From NCBI RefSeq assembly GCF_036321535.1, contig NC_087436.1, positions 32,924,001 through 32,988,000 on the forward strand: a stretch of 64,000 nucleotides of DNA, in the 5' to 3' direction. Made by a program: the position numbers and the translations under genes. Under the pieces are notes generated by a model. The model had not been told where the DNA came from. It saw only the letters and a program-made list of their open reading frames with translations, and ran no database searches. Source of the DNA: Camelus dromedarius (lineage: Eukaryota). Positions 26,650 to 39,509 of the stretch are shown in pieces. Numbering within the stretch: position 1 is the first letter of the stretch; every line of letters begins with the position of its first letter.

Positions 26650-26890
26650 TGAGAGGCAATGTGCAGAGCTGTTAGGTCCTGGTCTCTACATACAGACCGC
26701 TTGAGTTCAAGTTAGGGCTTTACTGCAAACTGCTGTGTGACTTTGGGTAATTTTCATAAGCTTTCTGTGTCTCAGCTTCCTCATGTGTAAATTGGAGATG
26801 GCAATATTTTTAGCCATATAACTCATAGATTAAAAGATAAAATGTTATGTCCTAGAATAATGGTGCTCAATAAATTCTATATATTATTAT
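26650..26890 (+). mobile_element. MIR SINE
   Basis: gctgtgtgactttgggtaa...tctgtgtctcagcttcctcatgtgtaaattggagatg...gtgctcaataaat. Confidence 0.85.
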
Positions 26891-28234
26891 TATTATTTCC
26901 ATTCCAAATGCTATACCACCTTATTTTAGGCTCTTTATTTTTAGGTTCAGCTGCTGTTGTTTTATGTCAAGAGTGTATAATTTGCTTCTGCAGAATAGAT
27001 CTATATTATTTTATTTGAAATAAGCAATTCTTAAATTTATATCCACTAAATTCTACTAAGATTTATGCCTTTATGTAACTTCTGATTCAGTAAGTGGAAA
27101 AAGTGCACAGTGGAACATTTTATTTCCATCATACAGTGGGGCATTTAGTGTGAAACCAGCAGGTTAAGAAGAAGCCTCAAAAAATCCAAAGACAGATGTA
27201 CAGTTTGGAATGCAAAAATAAAGCAAAACAGAAGTGCTCACGCAATATCAACTCAGGCAAAATTAGTTTGGGGAGAATTTACGGGTCAGAAAATCTCAGA
27301 ACAGGGAACGGGAAGCTGTGGTATAGCCTCTGGACATCTCTGCAAGGATTATTTGGTTAAGCAACAACATCAAGTAATTCCTCTCTGTAGAGTCATATGC
27401 ACTCTGGATCACGATGTTCAACAAGAGACACAGAGTTCTCTTTTCTGTTTTTCTTTCATCTGCAAACAACCACTTTTTACCTCAGTCAAGCCATTTGCTC
27501 AGAATGAAAACCTCATTTATATAATCATTTTACATGCTTCTACTGCTAATTTGTAAATTATTTCTCTGAAAAACATGGTATTTTCTCAATTCTCATTGTG
27601 TATTTAATACGGCTAATTTTAAATGGTTCTATTTTGAACTTTTTACCAAATGCACATCTTGGTAGCATAGAAAGAGTTCACACAGTTTTCAGTTTCTTTG
27701 CATCATGGTGTCTTTTAAAATGGCACCCGGGAAATATTGACCAAGTTTTATTGTAGTCTGTGTCCTTTGTCCTGTAGCTTATTCCTGTCTGTTTCTGACT
27801 AACTTATGTAATATTTATCCATACACCAAAGAATTGTGAAGTATTTTATGGACTTTTCGGAAACAATGATTGAATATTATATAAAGAACTTAACTTTATA
27901 AATTTATAATAGGCTTGTGACGATAGAATTAAGTTTCTGTTGCTCCTGGTTCTAAATGTCATGGAAAGACACCAACCTTGACTTGCTAACACAATCCTAT
28001 TTCCTACATCCAGAACTATTGGACTGGCATTTTTAAACTTGTGCTATCAACTGAGAGGAGCAAAGTTGCCTTTATGTTATTTCTAGGATGGAGGATTTGG
28101 ACATTGTGATTATCTGTTTGTCTATGTATCTGTCATCCATCCCTGCAGTTCTCTTTCCATTCATGCCTGGTAATCAGTGTCCCATCCCTGCTCCATCCCC
28201 TATAACTACTTTCATCCCCTTTCAACATGAGACA

Positions 28235-28410
28235 ACATAGAGTAGTGTTAAGATTAGAAACTGTGGAGTTAGACCTGAGTTTTAACTAAGGGCTGCCATT
28301 TATTTGCTGTGTGATCATGGGTAAATTAGTTAATCTGTCTTCTCATCTGGAAAAGAAGGTGGTCATTAAGTGCTCCTGCCAGTTGTTATGAGGAATAACT
28401 AGGGTATAAT
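28235..28410 (+). mobile_element. MIR SINE
   Basis: agtagtgttaaga..ctgtggagttagacctgagttt..gctgtgtgatcatgggtaaattagttaatct. Confidence 0.75.
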
Positions 28411-28436
28411 GATAAAAACTTGACCCTCTCTGATGG

Positions 28437-28958
28437 TGTTAGAGGGAAGAACAAATTGGACTCCATATTAGGTCTGTTTCTTTCACTTTAACCTTTGTAT
28501 TCTGTTGCTTTTACTACAGGTTAATCACCAAAGGGATATTACCTATAGCTTAAAGTATACATAATGGGCCATCTCTGGGAACCCTGCCTCCCATGCCTGA
28601 GCATTAAGGTAAAGTACCTTTATTTAAGCTCACAGGAAACATCCTGACCAGGGCCACCTAGGAATGGCTGCAGGAAGGAAGAAATTAACACATCCCCTCC
28701 AGAGTCTGGCCTGAATCAGGAAATATTTGCAACAACTTAATCACCTTTTAAACTTTACCTCCTCATCCCCTCCCCCTTTTTGCTCTGTAAAAGAACCTAA
28801 CATCCAAACCTGGTTTGGATCATGGAAACCAAAGATGGTTCTGTGGGATACTAATCCACCATCTTTTCAGTCTGCTGGCTTTCCAAATAAAGTCCAACAA
28901 CTCGTCTCTTGATTTATTGGCCTGTTGTGTGGACAGTAGTATAAGCTTGGACTTGGTG
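28437..28958 (+). mobile_element. ERV1-class solo LTR (MER39/LTR39/MER34-like)
   Basis: TG start (tgttagagggaagaacaaattggactccatatt), tgctggctttccaAATAAA (28886-28891), U5 ttattggcctgttgtg...agcttggacttggt. Confidence 0.75.
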
Positions 28959-30203
28959 AAGTGGGAAGGAAAGACATTGTGGGAAGGAAAGACATTGTTA
29001 AAATCTCAAATTTTTTGAACCTGTCCTTTGACCTGCACTTTCCAGCTCTCTCTGTGAATCTTACTGACTGACTACTTCTTGGGTTTTATTTTTGTTCTGT
29101 GTTTACCATGTCACTTCTTCCTTTTTTCCAAGACTAAGGTTTCTATTCTTAATCTTTGGAATTTTTGTGTTAATTATCCTTTTGTTCTTGGCTAGGGGCT
29201 TCTGGAAGCTTTGCTTAATTGTTACATTTTTTTCAGGAACTTCTGGTCCAAGAGATGTGTCTGTGAGAACAGAAGGAGGAGGCAAGGGGGAAGTAAGGGA
29301 AAGTTTCTCTTTAAATTTTGGGTCCTGGATCCCACAGGAGGGTTGTGCTGACAACACTCAAATCCTGAAGATATAAACAGAATTGTAGCATCATCCTGGA
29401 TGATAACTTGCTTCATCACTAGATCAAGAAGATACTATATTTCATCAACCAATAATAATCAAACACTGCAAATTTAGACACCACCTCATCACTTTTCCCC
29501 CCACATATTACATTTCTTTACTCATCTGTAGTGATTATAATACTTTCTCTTACCTTTTTTTTTTTTATCTGATTGAGAATTCCTAGTTTTGATTGAAGCC
29601 ACACTACACCTTCCAGTATCTTCTTTTGTTTGTAGTACATCTTCTTTGGAGGTCACTGTCTTTTATAATGGCTGTGATTTAGGTACACTTATAGTCAGAG
29701 TGATTACCTATGTACCAGTTGGTTTAAGCTTCACTCCAGGGGCAGCTTGTTTCCCTAATCAGAAAGGCACCATTCAGGAATTGTTTTCTATATTTTAAGC
29801 ACCAGTTATACAGAGGTAGCTGTTTAACTACTAGCTGTGAGAACTTCTGTTATTTGTATCAGTATCTGATTTTGCTAATAAGCATATTGAACATTAAAAA
29901 TGAGTTTCCCCTTGTAAATAGTGGCATGCTAAGCAGCATGAGGAATCTTAAAAATGGGCTCCCAATAGTAAAATTAAAACTATCTGGTGTATGTGGATTG
30001 GCTAAACATTTTAGAGATGCTTCTTCCCCATACTTGATCTTAATAGGAAGATTCGAAGGTTTTACAGTTACGGATGGCACCTCAGGCTTGATTTCAAATC
30101 AGTTTTTTGTCTAGCCATTGATTCAGGAAAATCTCTTGTTGCTTGATACTGACTGTAAAGTCATAGAATCTTGTTTCCAGGATCTTGTGTCTCTGCTGAG
30201 TGC

Positions 30204-30359
30204 ATGACTAGACTTCATACTCATGTGACCTGTGCTTGGAAGGGACTCACACTTGTTTTAACACTTGGCTGTTGCCATCCTGAAATTTTACAATTTTTGA
30301 AGAAGGAACTCCCCACTTTTATTTTACATTGGGCTCAACAGACCATTTAGCCAGTCCTG
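30204..30359. mobile_element. MER91A-like hAT-Tip100 MITE
   Basis: gtgacctgtgc..gaaggga..cttgttttaacact..gctgttgccatcctgaaatt..tttattttacattgggctc..tagccagtcctg. Confidence 0.75.
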
Positions 30360-32849
30360 GCTGAATTAACTTTTCATGCAAAGGTGCCCAAAAGGGTAGA
30401 GCTGGGACTTTATCAAGTTTATACATGTTGAAGGAATTCTTCTGTCTGCTTATTTAGTGATTGTCTACATGTGGGGAAGAATCTGGCTTGAAACTTGCTT
30501 CAGTTAGAACCGATGAAGTTCTGGGGAGTAGCTAACCCTCTTCTCCGTCATTGATTGTTGTTTTCAACCAAAAAGAACCTAAGATTGACAAAACCAGGGA
30601 AGTTCACAACAGTGTCATCTAAGTTTCAAGGGCTACTTAGCTCATCATGGCAAAGAGAAATACAACTCCTGATAGAGAATACTGTAATTTTGGCGCAGTT
30701 CAACTTGCATCAATGTTTTTATGCTATTAGAAAGCTAAATAATTTCAGATTATAAAAAATAATTACTTTTATTTATTTTGCTGAAAGCTATAATGTTTCA
30801 TCTTATCCCTCTATACCCGAATATAGTATATCTATATAGAGTTCAACTAGAAGCAGTAGTTTGGATTGTGTCTTTATACAGAGCACATGGTTTTTGAAAG
30901 GATCATTTCATGAATTAGGCAGTTCTCCTAAACCTCTCAGCCTTTAGAGCAAGATTTGATTTAAAACCTCATGCATAGAAGCCAGTTATTGCCCAGTAAC
31001 CTTGACTGAGTGATGGTCTGACAGGGATCCTGGGAGATGGGGCATTATTTTTAATTTAAAAAAAAATTATGTAAGCCACATTTTAGTTCTCCTCTGTTAT
31101 GACTGTGACTTTTTTTTTTTAAATTTGCAGTTAGAATGTAGACATATTTTCCAAATGAATGAAAACTCAGTTTGCAATGAGATGGCAAAGCCTCCTTTAT
31201 GGAGAAGGATAGCCTGGGGACTCATAGAGGCCTGTTTCAGGCTGGACTGGAAATAAAAAACATTATATTTTCTAGTCTTTAAGAACATTCTCTTGGCTCA
31301 CAGCTTTTTTCTTATTGTGAAAATGCGTACTTCCTTTTTCTACAAAACCACTAGGGGTTGTTCTGCCTGCTGGTCGTCGATGCTTTGTCCAGTACAGATT
31401 GCTTTTTTTGCCTTTAAAAATTTTGTACCCTCCTGGAATGAAGAGGAGAGGAGAGGTGAGAACCAGAACCCTGCTCTTTCACAGGTTGACTTAGGCAACT
31501 AAAACAAAATTAGAGTATTTAAACAAGTAATCCCCCCCCCCCAAAAAAAAACTACCCCACAATCTTTTTCCTTAATAGGCATATCGAGGCCTTCTTAGCA
31601 GTGGCAACGTGGTATTGTGGTGGAGAAGGCCTGTTGCAGGTCTGACTGGTATTAGGAAAGGCACAGTACGACCTGCACCTCTTTACTCATCCCTAAGAAT
31701 CTCCCCAGCGTTTGTCCAGGAACCTGTGCCTCAATTTAAAAGAGGACAACCAGCAAGCACAATTCATTTCTTTCTGGCCTTGTGAACATATGAAACCATT
31801 AGTTTTATAGACACTTTGTATTTATTGCCTATTTTGTGATATATTTCACACTTGAATGGATTACGTAAACTAAACAACAGCAACAGGAAAACAAAACAAA
31901 AAACCCCTCAAAATTAACAAGTTGCTCAATTTCTTCTATTTTTGGTTGGAGTTACTGTGTTGGGTTGTGGGTATATCTAATTATTTAGAATAAAGCAACA
32001 CTCTGGATTTTATAGCTAGAGCTTTTTCCCCCCCCTCTTTAATCAACTTCTGTGGATTTTGAATAACAACATTTCAACCTTGTGTTCCTATGTTAATTTT
32101 AGAAGTAATCACTTCCAGGATTTTCTTTCTAACATGCTTCCACCACTAAAAAGTCTATGAAGTTGATTAGACCTCATTCACAAGGGTCATGCAAAGAGAA
32201 AATAGAGTGCTTTATTTTAGATAAGAGCCACATATCATCGTAAGAAGAACATGTCTGTCACATGTTGCAGTCAGCAGTTTTAATAGCAATAATAAATATG
32301 ACAGTAAGTCAATGTTGAGCACATAATTTAATACTGGTAATTAGATACCCACAAACCTCATACAAACTAGGCTCATACTTTTATTTCAAGCATTCACATA
32401 AGTATCACTAAATGACTGCGGGTTTTCAGATATTTCACCAGAAAAGTATTTTTTATTCCAGTGCTGTGTGGTGTCAGGTCAAAAGACTCTCTTCAGGGGT
32501 GTGTTTTATTTAAGGGAAACCTTAATACTAAATAGATTTTATGAGAAAGTGACAAAGTCAGATTTATTTACAACTCTGAACTGTGACCAAGTTAAAGGAA
32601 GGAGCCTGTAATGGTCACATAAATGAGAAAACATTATTGTCAAATCCTCATGGATTTTATAGAAATGTTTTTTCTCTAATATTGTAGCGTTTGTCTTTTT
32701 TAAAAATTTGAAACACTATAGGAGAATGTAAGTGAAAAATGGAGGAATGAGTTTTCCTAACTGGTTATTTATATAATCTTTATGGAATTCAAGATGCCCC
32801 CAGCCCCGAAAAAACAGAGAGGTAAGGAAGAGATACAATACTGCTTTTG

Positions 32850-33524
32850 TTTTTAAACCTTTTATTTTGAAATACTTAAAAATTCTCAGAAAAGTTGCAA
32901 GGACAGTACAAAGAGCTCTTGTTTAGCCTTCATCCTAATTCTCCAGTTGTTAACATTTTAGCATGTTTACCTCTTCCATGTTCCCATCTATGTACATATG
33001 TATGTATATATGTACTGTTAATCTCTTGATCATCTATTTCTATTATTTATCTTTTCTTTCCATTTAAGAATCTGTTGCATTTGTGATGTTCTGTTTTTCC
33101 TAAATACCTCAGCGTCTATTTCCTGCTCTTCTATAATATAGAGTATATATCAAAATCAGAAAATTAACATTGGTACAGGAATATTATATAATCCACAAGC
33201 CCCATTCAAATTTCAGTGATTGTCCCAAGAATGTCATTTATGGCAATAGTCAAGAGAAGAGGAGCGAGAGGAGGAGGGAGAGGGAGTGGGGGAGGAGAAC
33301 AAAGAGGGCCACAGGAAAGAAGGAGAGGGCAGGGGGAAGGAAAGGGGTAAAGGTGGAGGAACCAGTTCAGGATCAAAAGTTTCATTTCATTGCCATGTCT
33401 CTTCCATATGGAGCAGTTCTTTGACCTTTGTGTCTTGACCTAGACATTTTAGAGATGTACAAGCCAATTATTTCGTAGAATATCTCTCAGTTTGGATTTG
33501 TCTCATGTTTCCTCATGCTTAGAT
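32850..33524 (-). mobile_element. Old LINE-1 3' end (L1MC-like) containing a GA-rich tract (33250-33360)
   Basis: tttattttgaaatac..cagaaaagttgcaa..agtacaaagagctc; aaaatcagaaaattaacattggtaca; tttggatttgtctcatgtttcctcatg. Confidence 0.8.
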
Positions 33525-34730
33525 ATTGCATTGAATCTGTAGATTGCCTTGTCTAGTTTTGTCATATTAACAATATTTTTGCAATCTGTGAACACAGTTT
33601 ATCTTTCTGTCCGCTTGTATTGCCTTCAGTTTTCTTCATCAGTGTCTTATTGTTTGTGGAGTACAGATTTTTTATCTCCTTAAGCAGTTTTATTCCTAGG
33701 TATTTTATTCTTTTTGATGTGATTGTAAATGGGATTGTTTCCTTAATTCCTCTTTCTGATAGCTCATTGTTAGTGTATAGATTTGCAATAGATTTCTGTA
33801 TATTAATTTTGTATCATGAAACTTTACTTAATTTGTTGATGAACTCTAGCAGTTATTGGTGGTATCTTTAGGATTTTCTATGTATAGTATCATGTGACAT
33901 GCAAACAGTGATAGTTTTACTTCTTCCTTTACAATTTGGATTTAATTAATTAATTTATTTATTGTCTGATTGCTGTGGCTAGGACTTCCAATACTATGTT
34001 GAATGAAAGTGGTCGAGAGTGGGCATTCTTATCTTGTTTCTGATCTTAGAGGAAAAACTTTCAGCTTTTCATCATTGAATGTGATGTTGGCTATACATTT
34101 GCCATTTATGGCCTTATATTATGTTGAAGTATGTTTTCTTTATACCCACTTTATTAAGAGTGTTTTATCGTAAATGAATGTTGAATTTTGTCAAAAGCTT
34201 TGTTGTGTCTTTGAGATTAACAGACTATTTTTATTCAGTTTATTAATGTGGTGTATCACATTGATTGATTTGTAGGTATTGAAACATCCTTACATACCTC
34301 AGATAAGTTCCACTTCATGGTGTATGATCCTTTTAACGTATTGTTGAATTCAGTTTGCTAATACTTTGTTGGGTATTTTTACATCTGTGTCCATCATTGA
34401 TACTGGCTTATAATTTTCTTCTTAGTGTCTTTGGTTTTGGTATCAGGGTAATACTGGCCTCATAGAATGAGTTTGAAATCAGTTTTTCCTCTCCAATATT
34501 TTTGGAATAGTTTGAGAAAGATAGGTGTTAACTCTTTTTTAAATGTTTTCTGGAATTCAGCTGTGAAGCCATCTGTTCCTCAGTTTTTATTGGGAGTTTT
34601 AAAAATTCCATATTTATTTTCTGGTAGTCTTTAGGCTGTTCTCATAGATAGTTGCTCTGTAAATAGTTATAATTTTTGTGTGTAAGTGGAAAGAGGTGAG
34701 CTCAGGGTCTTCCTATTTTACCATCTTGAT
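33525..34730 (-). mobile_element. LINE-1: about 115-bp 5' end fused to an ORF2 RT-region fragment; 3' end missing
   Basis: Minus-strand GTDGFTAEFQKTFKKELTPIFLKLFQK near 34500-34580 and LFA..MILYIENPKD near 33865-33910. YY1-type AAGATGG (ccatctt 34721-34727) marks the L1 5' end. Confidence 0.8.
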
Positions 34731-35734
34731 CATACCTGCCCAAAACTGCATTTTCTGAACTAGAATTATGCCTGCATTATTAATTGAGCCTAGCTGTGTG
34801 TGTATTACATCTTTTAAGCAATTTTCCAAAGAAACTGAACTCATAAAAGATAATTGGAGAACTGTGTTCACTTGCATCAAGTTGAGGCATTTAATCTTCA
34901 AATTACTAGAAAGGACCTTTAAAATGAATCCATATCTTCTTCTGGACACTCATGATTCAATGGCAAGAATTATAACTATACATTGTGCAATAAGGACTTG
35001 GTGGTCCTAAATGGATAAAGATATTTACTTTCCTATTCTGTTACAATTAGCTAAAAAGGTTAATATATTCAGTCTCCATCTGAGGTATGGCTTTGAAATA
35101 ATTTATCATTTAGTTTTGGAAAGCATGGCACACTTTTTACACTAGTGATTTTTTTCACTCTTGTGATTTTTCTTCAGTGTTAGAGAAGAATGATCCTATC
35201 TTTATTTTATGTCTTCCTTTCAAATGGCATTATTTTTTGTATTCTTGGAACTAGGAGTGAGGTAATTGGTGTTTGTCAACATATATAACAGTGACTTAAT
35301 AAGTATATCAAGTAAAAAATGCCAGGCACTGATTCTTCATTCAGAAACGCAACAAAGTCCATTGTTTGAAATTGGTGAACAAATTTGTTTCATCAGCAAG
35401 AATTTTTATGTAATCCTTGACAGCATAGGTTGGTTTGCCGTAAATAAGCCTGAATAAATGGAAGAATCGAGATAATTGGTTCGAATGAAATGGGCTATTA
35501 GCATGTGAATTTGGGGTCCATGCCTTTTACTTCATTCACTAACCATCAAGGTAACACCATGACTATGTTTTGATCAAGTTACTAACTACAAGTTAAAGGA
35601 GAAGAATGACTGTTATTCTTTAATAAATGTATTTGACAAATTGTTTTAACAAATATGAAGTATTATTAAAACAACCAAGTCTTATTATAAATATATCTAT
35701 GACCATGTGAATAAAGGAGGAAAATAGTATTATG

Positions 35735-36792
35735 GTTTATTTTTTATTTTTGTTGAAGTATAGTAAGTTACAGTGCGTCAATTTCTGGTGTACAGCACAA
35801 CGTCCCAGTCATGTATATACATACATATATTTGTTTTCATATTCTTTTTCATTAAAGTTTATTATAAGATATTGAATATAGTTCCTTGTGCTATACAGAA
35901 GAACCTTTTTTAAAATTTATTTTTATATATAGTGGCCAACATTTGCAAATCACAAACTCCCAAATTTATCCCTTCCCACCCACTTTCCCCAGTAACCATA
36001 AGATCCTTTACTATGTCTGCAAGTCTGTTTCTGCTTTGTAGATGAGTTCATAGTGTCTTTTTTTCTTTTTCTTTTAGATTCTACATATGAGTGATATCAA
36101 ATGGTATTTTTCTTTCTCTTCCTGGCTTACTTCACTTAGAATGATGATCTCTATGTCCATTCATGTTGCTGCAGATGGCATTATTTTAATTTTTTATGGC
36201 TGAATAGTATTCCATTGTATAAATATACCACATCTTCTTTATCCAGTCATCTGTTGATGGACATTTAGTTTGCTTCCATGTTTTGGCTATTGTATATAAT
36301 CCTGCTATGAACATTGGGGTTCATGTATCTTTTTGAATTAGAGTTCCCTCTGGGTATGTACCCAGGAATGATATTACTGGATCATATGGTAAGTCATTTT
36401 TTTAAATTTTTTTTTTTGAGGAATCTCCATATTGTTTTCCATAATGGCTGCAGCAAACTATATTTCCACCAGCAGTGTAGGAGGGTTCCTTTTTCTCTAC
36501 ACTCTCTCCAGCATTTATCATTTATAGACTTTTGAATGATGGCCTTTCTGAATGGTGTGAGGTGATAGCCTCATTTTGTTTTTATTTGCATTTCTCTGAT
36601 AATTAGTGATATTGAGTATTTTTTCATGTGCCTATTGGCCATTTGTATGTCTTCACTGGAGAATTGCTTATTTAGGTCTTCTGCCCATTTTTGGATTAGG
36701 TTGTTTGTTTTTTTGTTATTAAGTTATATGAGCTGTTTATATATTCTTGAAATTAAGCCTTTGTCAATTGCATTATTTGTAGATATTTTCTC
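35735..36792 (-). mobile_element. 5'-truncated LINE-1 3' end (older artiodactyl/camelid subfamily)
   Basis: Closely homologous to 20650-21430 (ctggcttacttcacttagaatga; ggagaattgctt.tttaggtcttctgcccatttttggatt) but with a different distal 3' UTR. Confidence 0.92.
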
Positions 36793-38849
36793 TAAGTAGT
36801 TTTTAGTGGAACTGTCACTCCTTGTGTCAGTTCATGTAGTGAAAGAATTAGAATTATAAGAAATTGTGGATTTCAGTGCTACTCCTGAGTGATGGGGAGG
36901 GATGGGAAGGAATTTACATATCTCATTCATCAGTCTGGATCCCCAGTCCAGCCTAAAAGAAAGACAAGAAGACCCACTTTCATTATCATTGCCTTAGAAT
37001 CCTAGCCAGATAGGATGGGGCCAAGTGGGTGAAATATTTGTGTCTTCCCCCAAAGTTCCTTAAGCCTCCTTAATCTTTGGGTTCGTAATGGTTTGTATTA
37101 TGTTGGATGTAGCAGATTTGTCTTATGAATGTACTTGATTTAACCATTCCCTTAGAAAAAACAAAATGATAGTAAGAGGAATGTACTCTAGCATGTGAAA
37201 TTAAAAAATAAATAACTCTGCTGTGACAATGACAAATTTTTTTAAAAAAATATAATATTTTCCCTGCACATCAAAAAATAAAATAAATAAAGTGGTGCTG
37301 GTGTAGGTGTTTCCACCTGTATGACCTTGGGTGAGTCTCTTAAACATTCTGTTTCAATTTCCTAATGTGTATTCTTAATCTTTTGAACTTACTGATCTTT
37401 GTACTATCTGATCTGAGCCTGCTGTAGTTCTATGCCTTAATAGCACAGAGAACTTTAAGAGACCTTGGGGATTTGAGGCAAGAGACACGGGGGTGTAACT
37501 TAGTGCAAGGAATATGACTAAATACCAAAAGGAAAATATATTGTGCATGAAAGACCTGGATTTGTGGCTGTTTTTGCTGGTCAGTAAGGGAGGAAAATCT
37601 TACAAGGTTGGAATTTTCTTTATTCAAACCACAATATGAATGTCTTAAAGATACAATCATGTTTGGAAGATTTATATTCTGCTGAATAGAGAAGATCAGG
37701 TAAGTACAAGTATATGACTCCAAATGAAATGTGAAAGGAAAAAATTATTAAAGGTCGAGCTACCTTCCCCATATATTACAAGAAGGGTGGTATTAGGAGG
37801 GGAATCCAACTGTATTTTAGGAGAAAAAACCCAGAAGCCACATTCCTAGGCTCAGTGTGTATAAATAATAGAAGGGCTTTTTTTTGGGGGGGGGTGTACT
37901 TGACAGTGCAGTAGGGAACCTGTTTATCCTTGTGTATAGCTAATTTAGACATATCTGAACCTCTCTGGGAATCTGGTGGAATTTGCCTGCCAGGTGCTTC
38001 TTTGTAAGAGGAACTTAGGATTCTTTTTGGAAAGAACCCATCCTAAAGGGAGAAGTCAGCCAGATGAGCTGACCCAACCGCAGCCTAGTCACTGGAGGAA
38101 TGGGGTTCTTTTATGTTTGTCTTGGTACCTATTTCACAGAGATACATTCCCAGATGCAGAATAAAAATGAAAAGAGCTGTTTTTGCTAAAATCTGTTTAT
38201 GATATGAATGTTTAATGCAACATTGAGTGGATTGTATCAGATGAGATGTTATGCTAAAGAGGAAGAGACACATTCTAACTAAATTGGCTTCAAATAGAGT
38301 GACATGTCCATCCTTGGCTTTGGTGGGTGAGGTAGCAGGTGATGAAGATGCTGCAGCATCGTAGAGGTGACAAGCAAGTGCAGAGGTCGCTTGTGGGTGT
38401 GGGATGTCCAGAAAGGACAGTGATGGAGATGATTGGCAAGCCAGGCTGCAGTGCCCAGAGAGGGCTGACTGATCTAAGGACACTGGATGCATGGAATGCT
38501 GCAAACATAAGAAACAACAAAGATACTCAGCTGCAAAAAAAAAAAAAAAAAAAAAAAGAACAGAAATTATGAATAGAAATAACAAAAGTAAAAGAAAAAT
38601 GGAAAATTTGTAAACAAATGATAAAAGCAGATATAATTAGAACTTAAGACTATTATAGAAGAAGAAGCAATAATAAAATCATTATATATTGAGATTTTAT
38701 AGAGTGCCAATAGAAGAGAAGTGAGAGGGATGGTAGGATTAAGAGTGAAGATGGGAAGTTAATCATAGCGCCAAGGACAAAGATGAGAATTTCTGTAAAA
38801 CGTGTTTTAAGAAAGAGAATTATACTGAGATAGAAGAATGAAAAGGCAG

Positions 38850-39005
38850 CGTTGACAAGAAATTCCTAAGCACCAGACGCTATTTTAGACGTTTGAAATA
38901 CATTATTACATATAGTCTTCTCGTCAAACAATTTGCCTTAAGCACAGCTACTGATTGTCAAACCTGGATATGAACCCAATTATTCTGACTCCAAAGCCAA
39001 TCTTT
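38850..39005 (-). mobile_element. MIR SINE
   Basis: caatttgccttaagcacagcta...ctggatatgaacccaa..ttctgactccaaagcc. Confidence 0.7.
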
Positions 39006-39509
39006 TTTTCCCCTTCTCTTGGAAAGAAGGTGGACTTATGCTGAAATTTCAGTCAAAGGCTAAAGATAAAAGTGATCTTAACAGCAGGCATCTTAGTTCA
39101 AGAAATGAGGCGCACAATCACGTTGTTGAAGAGAGGAAATGATTCTCCCTCTGATATTTTCTGAAAGACTGCGTTTTGTCTAAACAACTTTTTGGCTGCT
39201 GTTTTCATTGACATATAGGAGAAAGGCGAAATAACGAACAAAACGTAGTCAGGAATTTTAACTAAATATATCTTTAAGAAGGAAAAGGGAGGGGATTAGA
39301 AACCAGAGGACAGTAGAATCATCAAATACCAATACTGATTTCTCTAGAGATCTGGTTTTAGAGACAACTAGGGAGAGCAGAGCACAGGAACCCTCAGGGA
39401 GGGATGTTCAAATCAGTGCTCTCTGATCTCAGAAGGTACAAATGGGTGCTCTATAAGCTATGACCAGCAGAAAGGGGCTGGATGGACATTTGGTTGTATA
39501 TGAAACAAA

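Noticed and set aside
29380..29500. PHD-finger-like residues (ICSV..YHPG) on the minus strand
   Set aside because: Needs several frameshifts and stops; too weak to call a pseudogene by eye.
38085..38585. Longest ORF (166 aa, minus strand)
   Set aside because: Starts in a homopolymer run (poly-Phe), overlaps decayed repeat-like sequence and has no domain.
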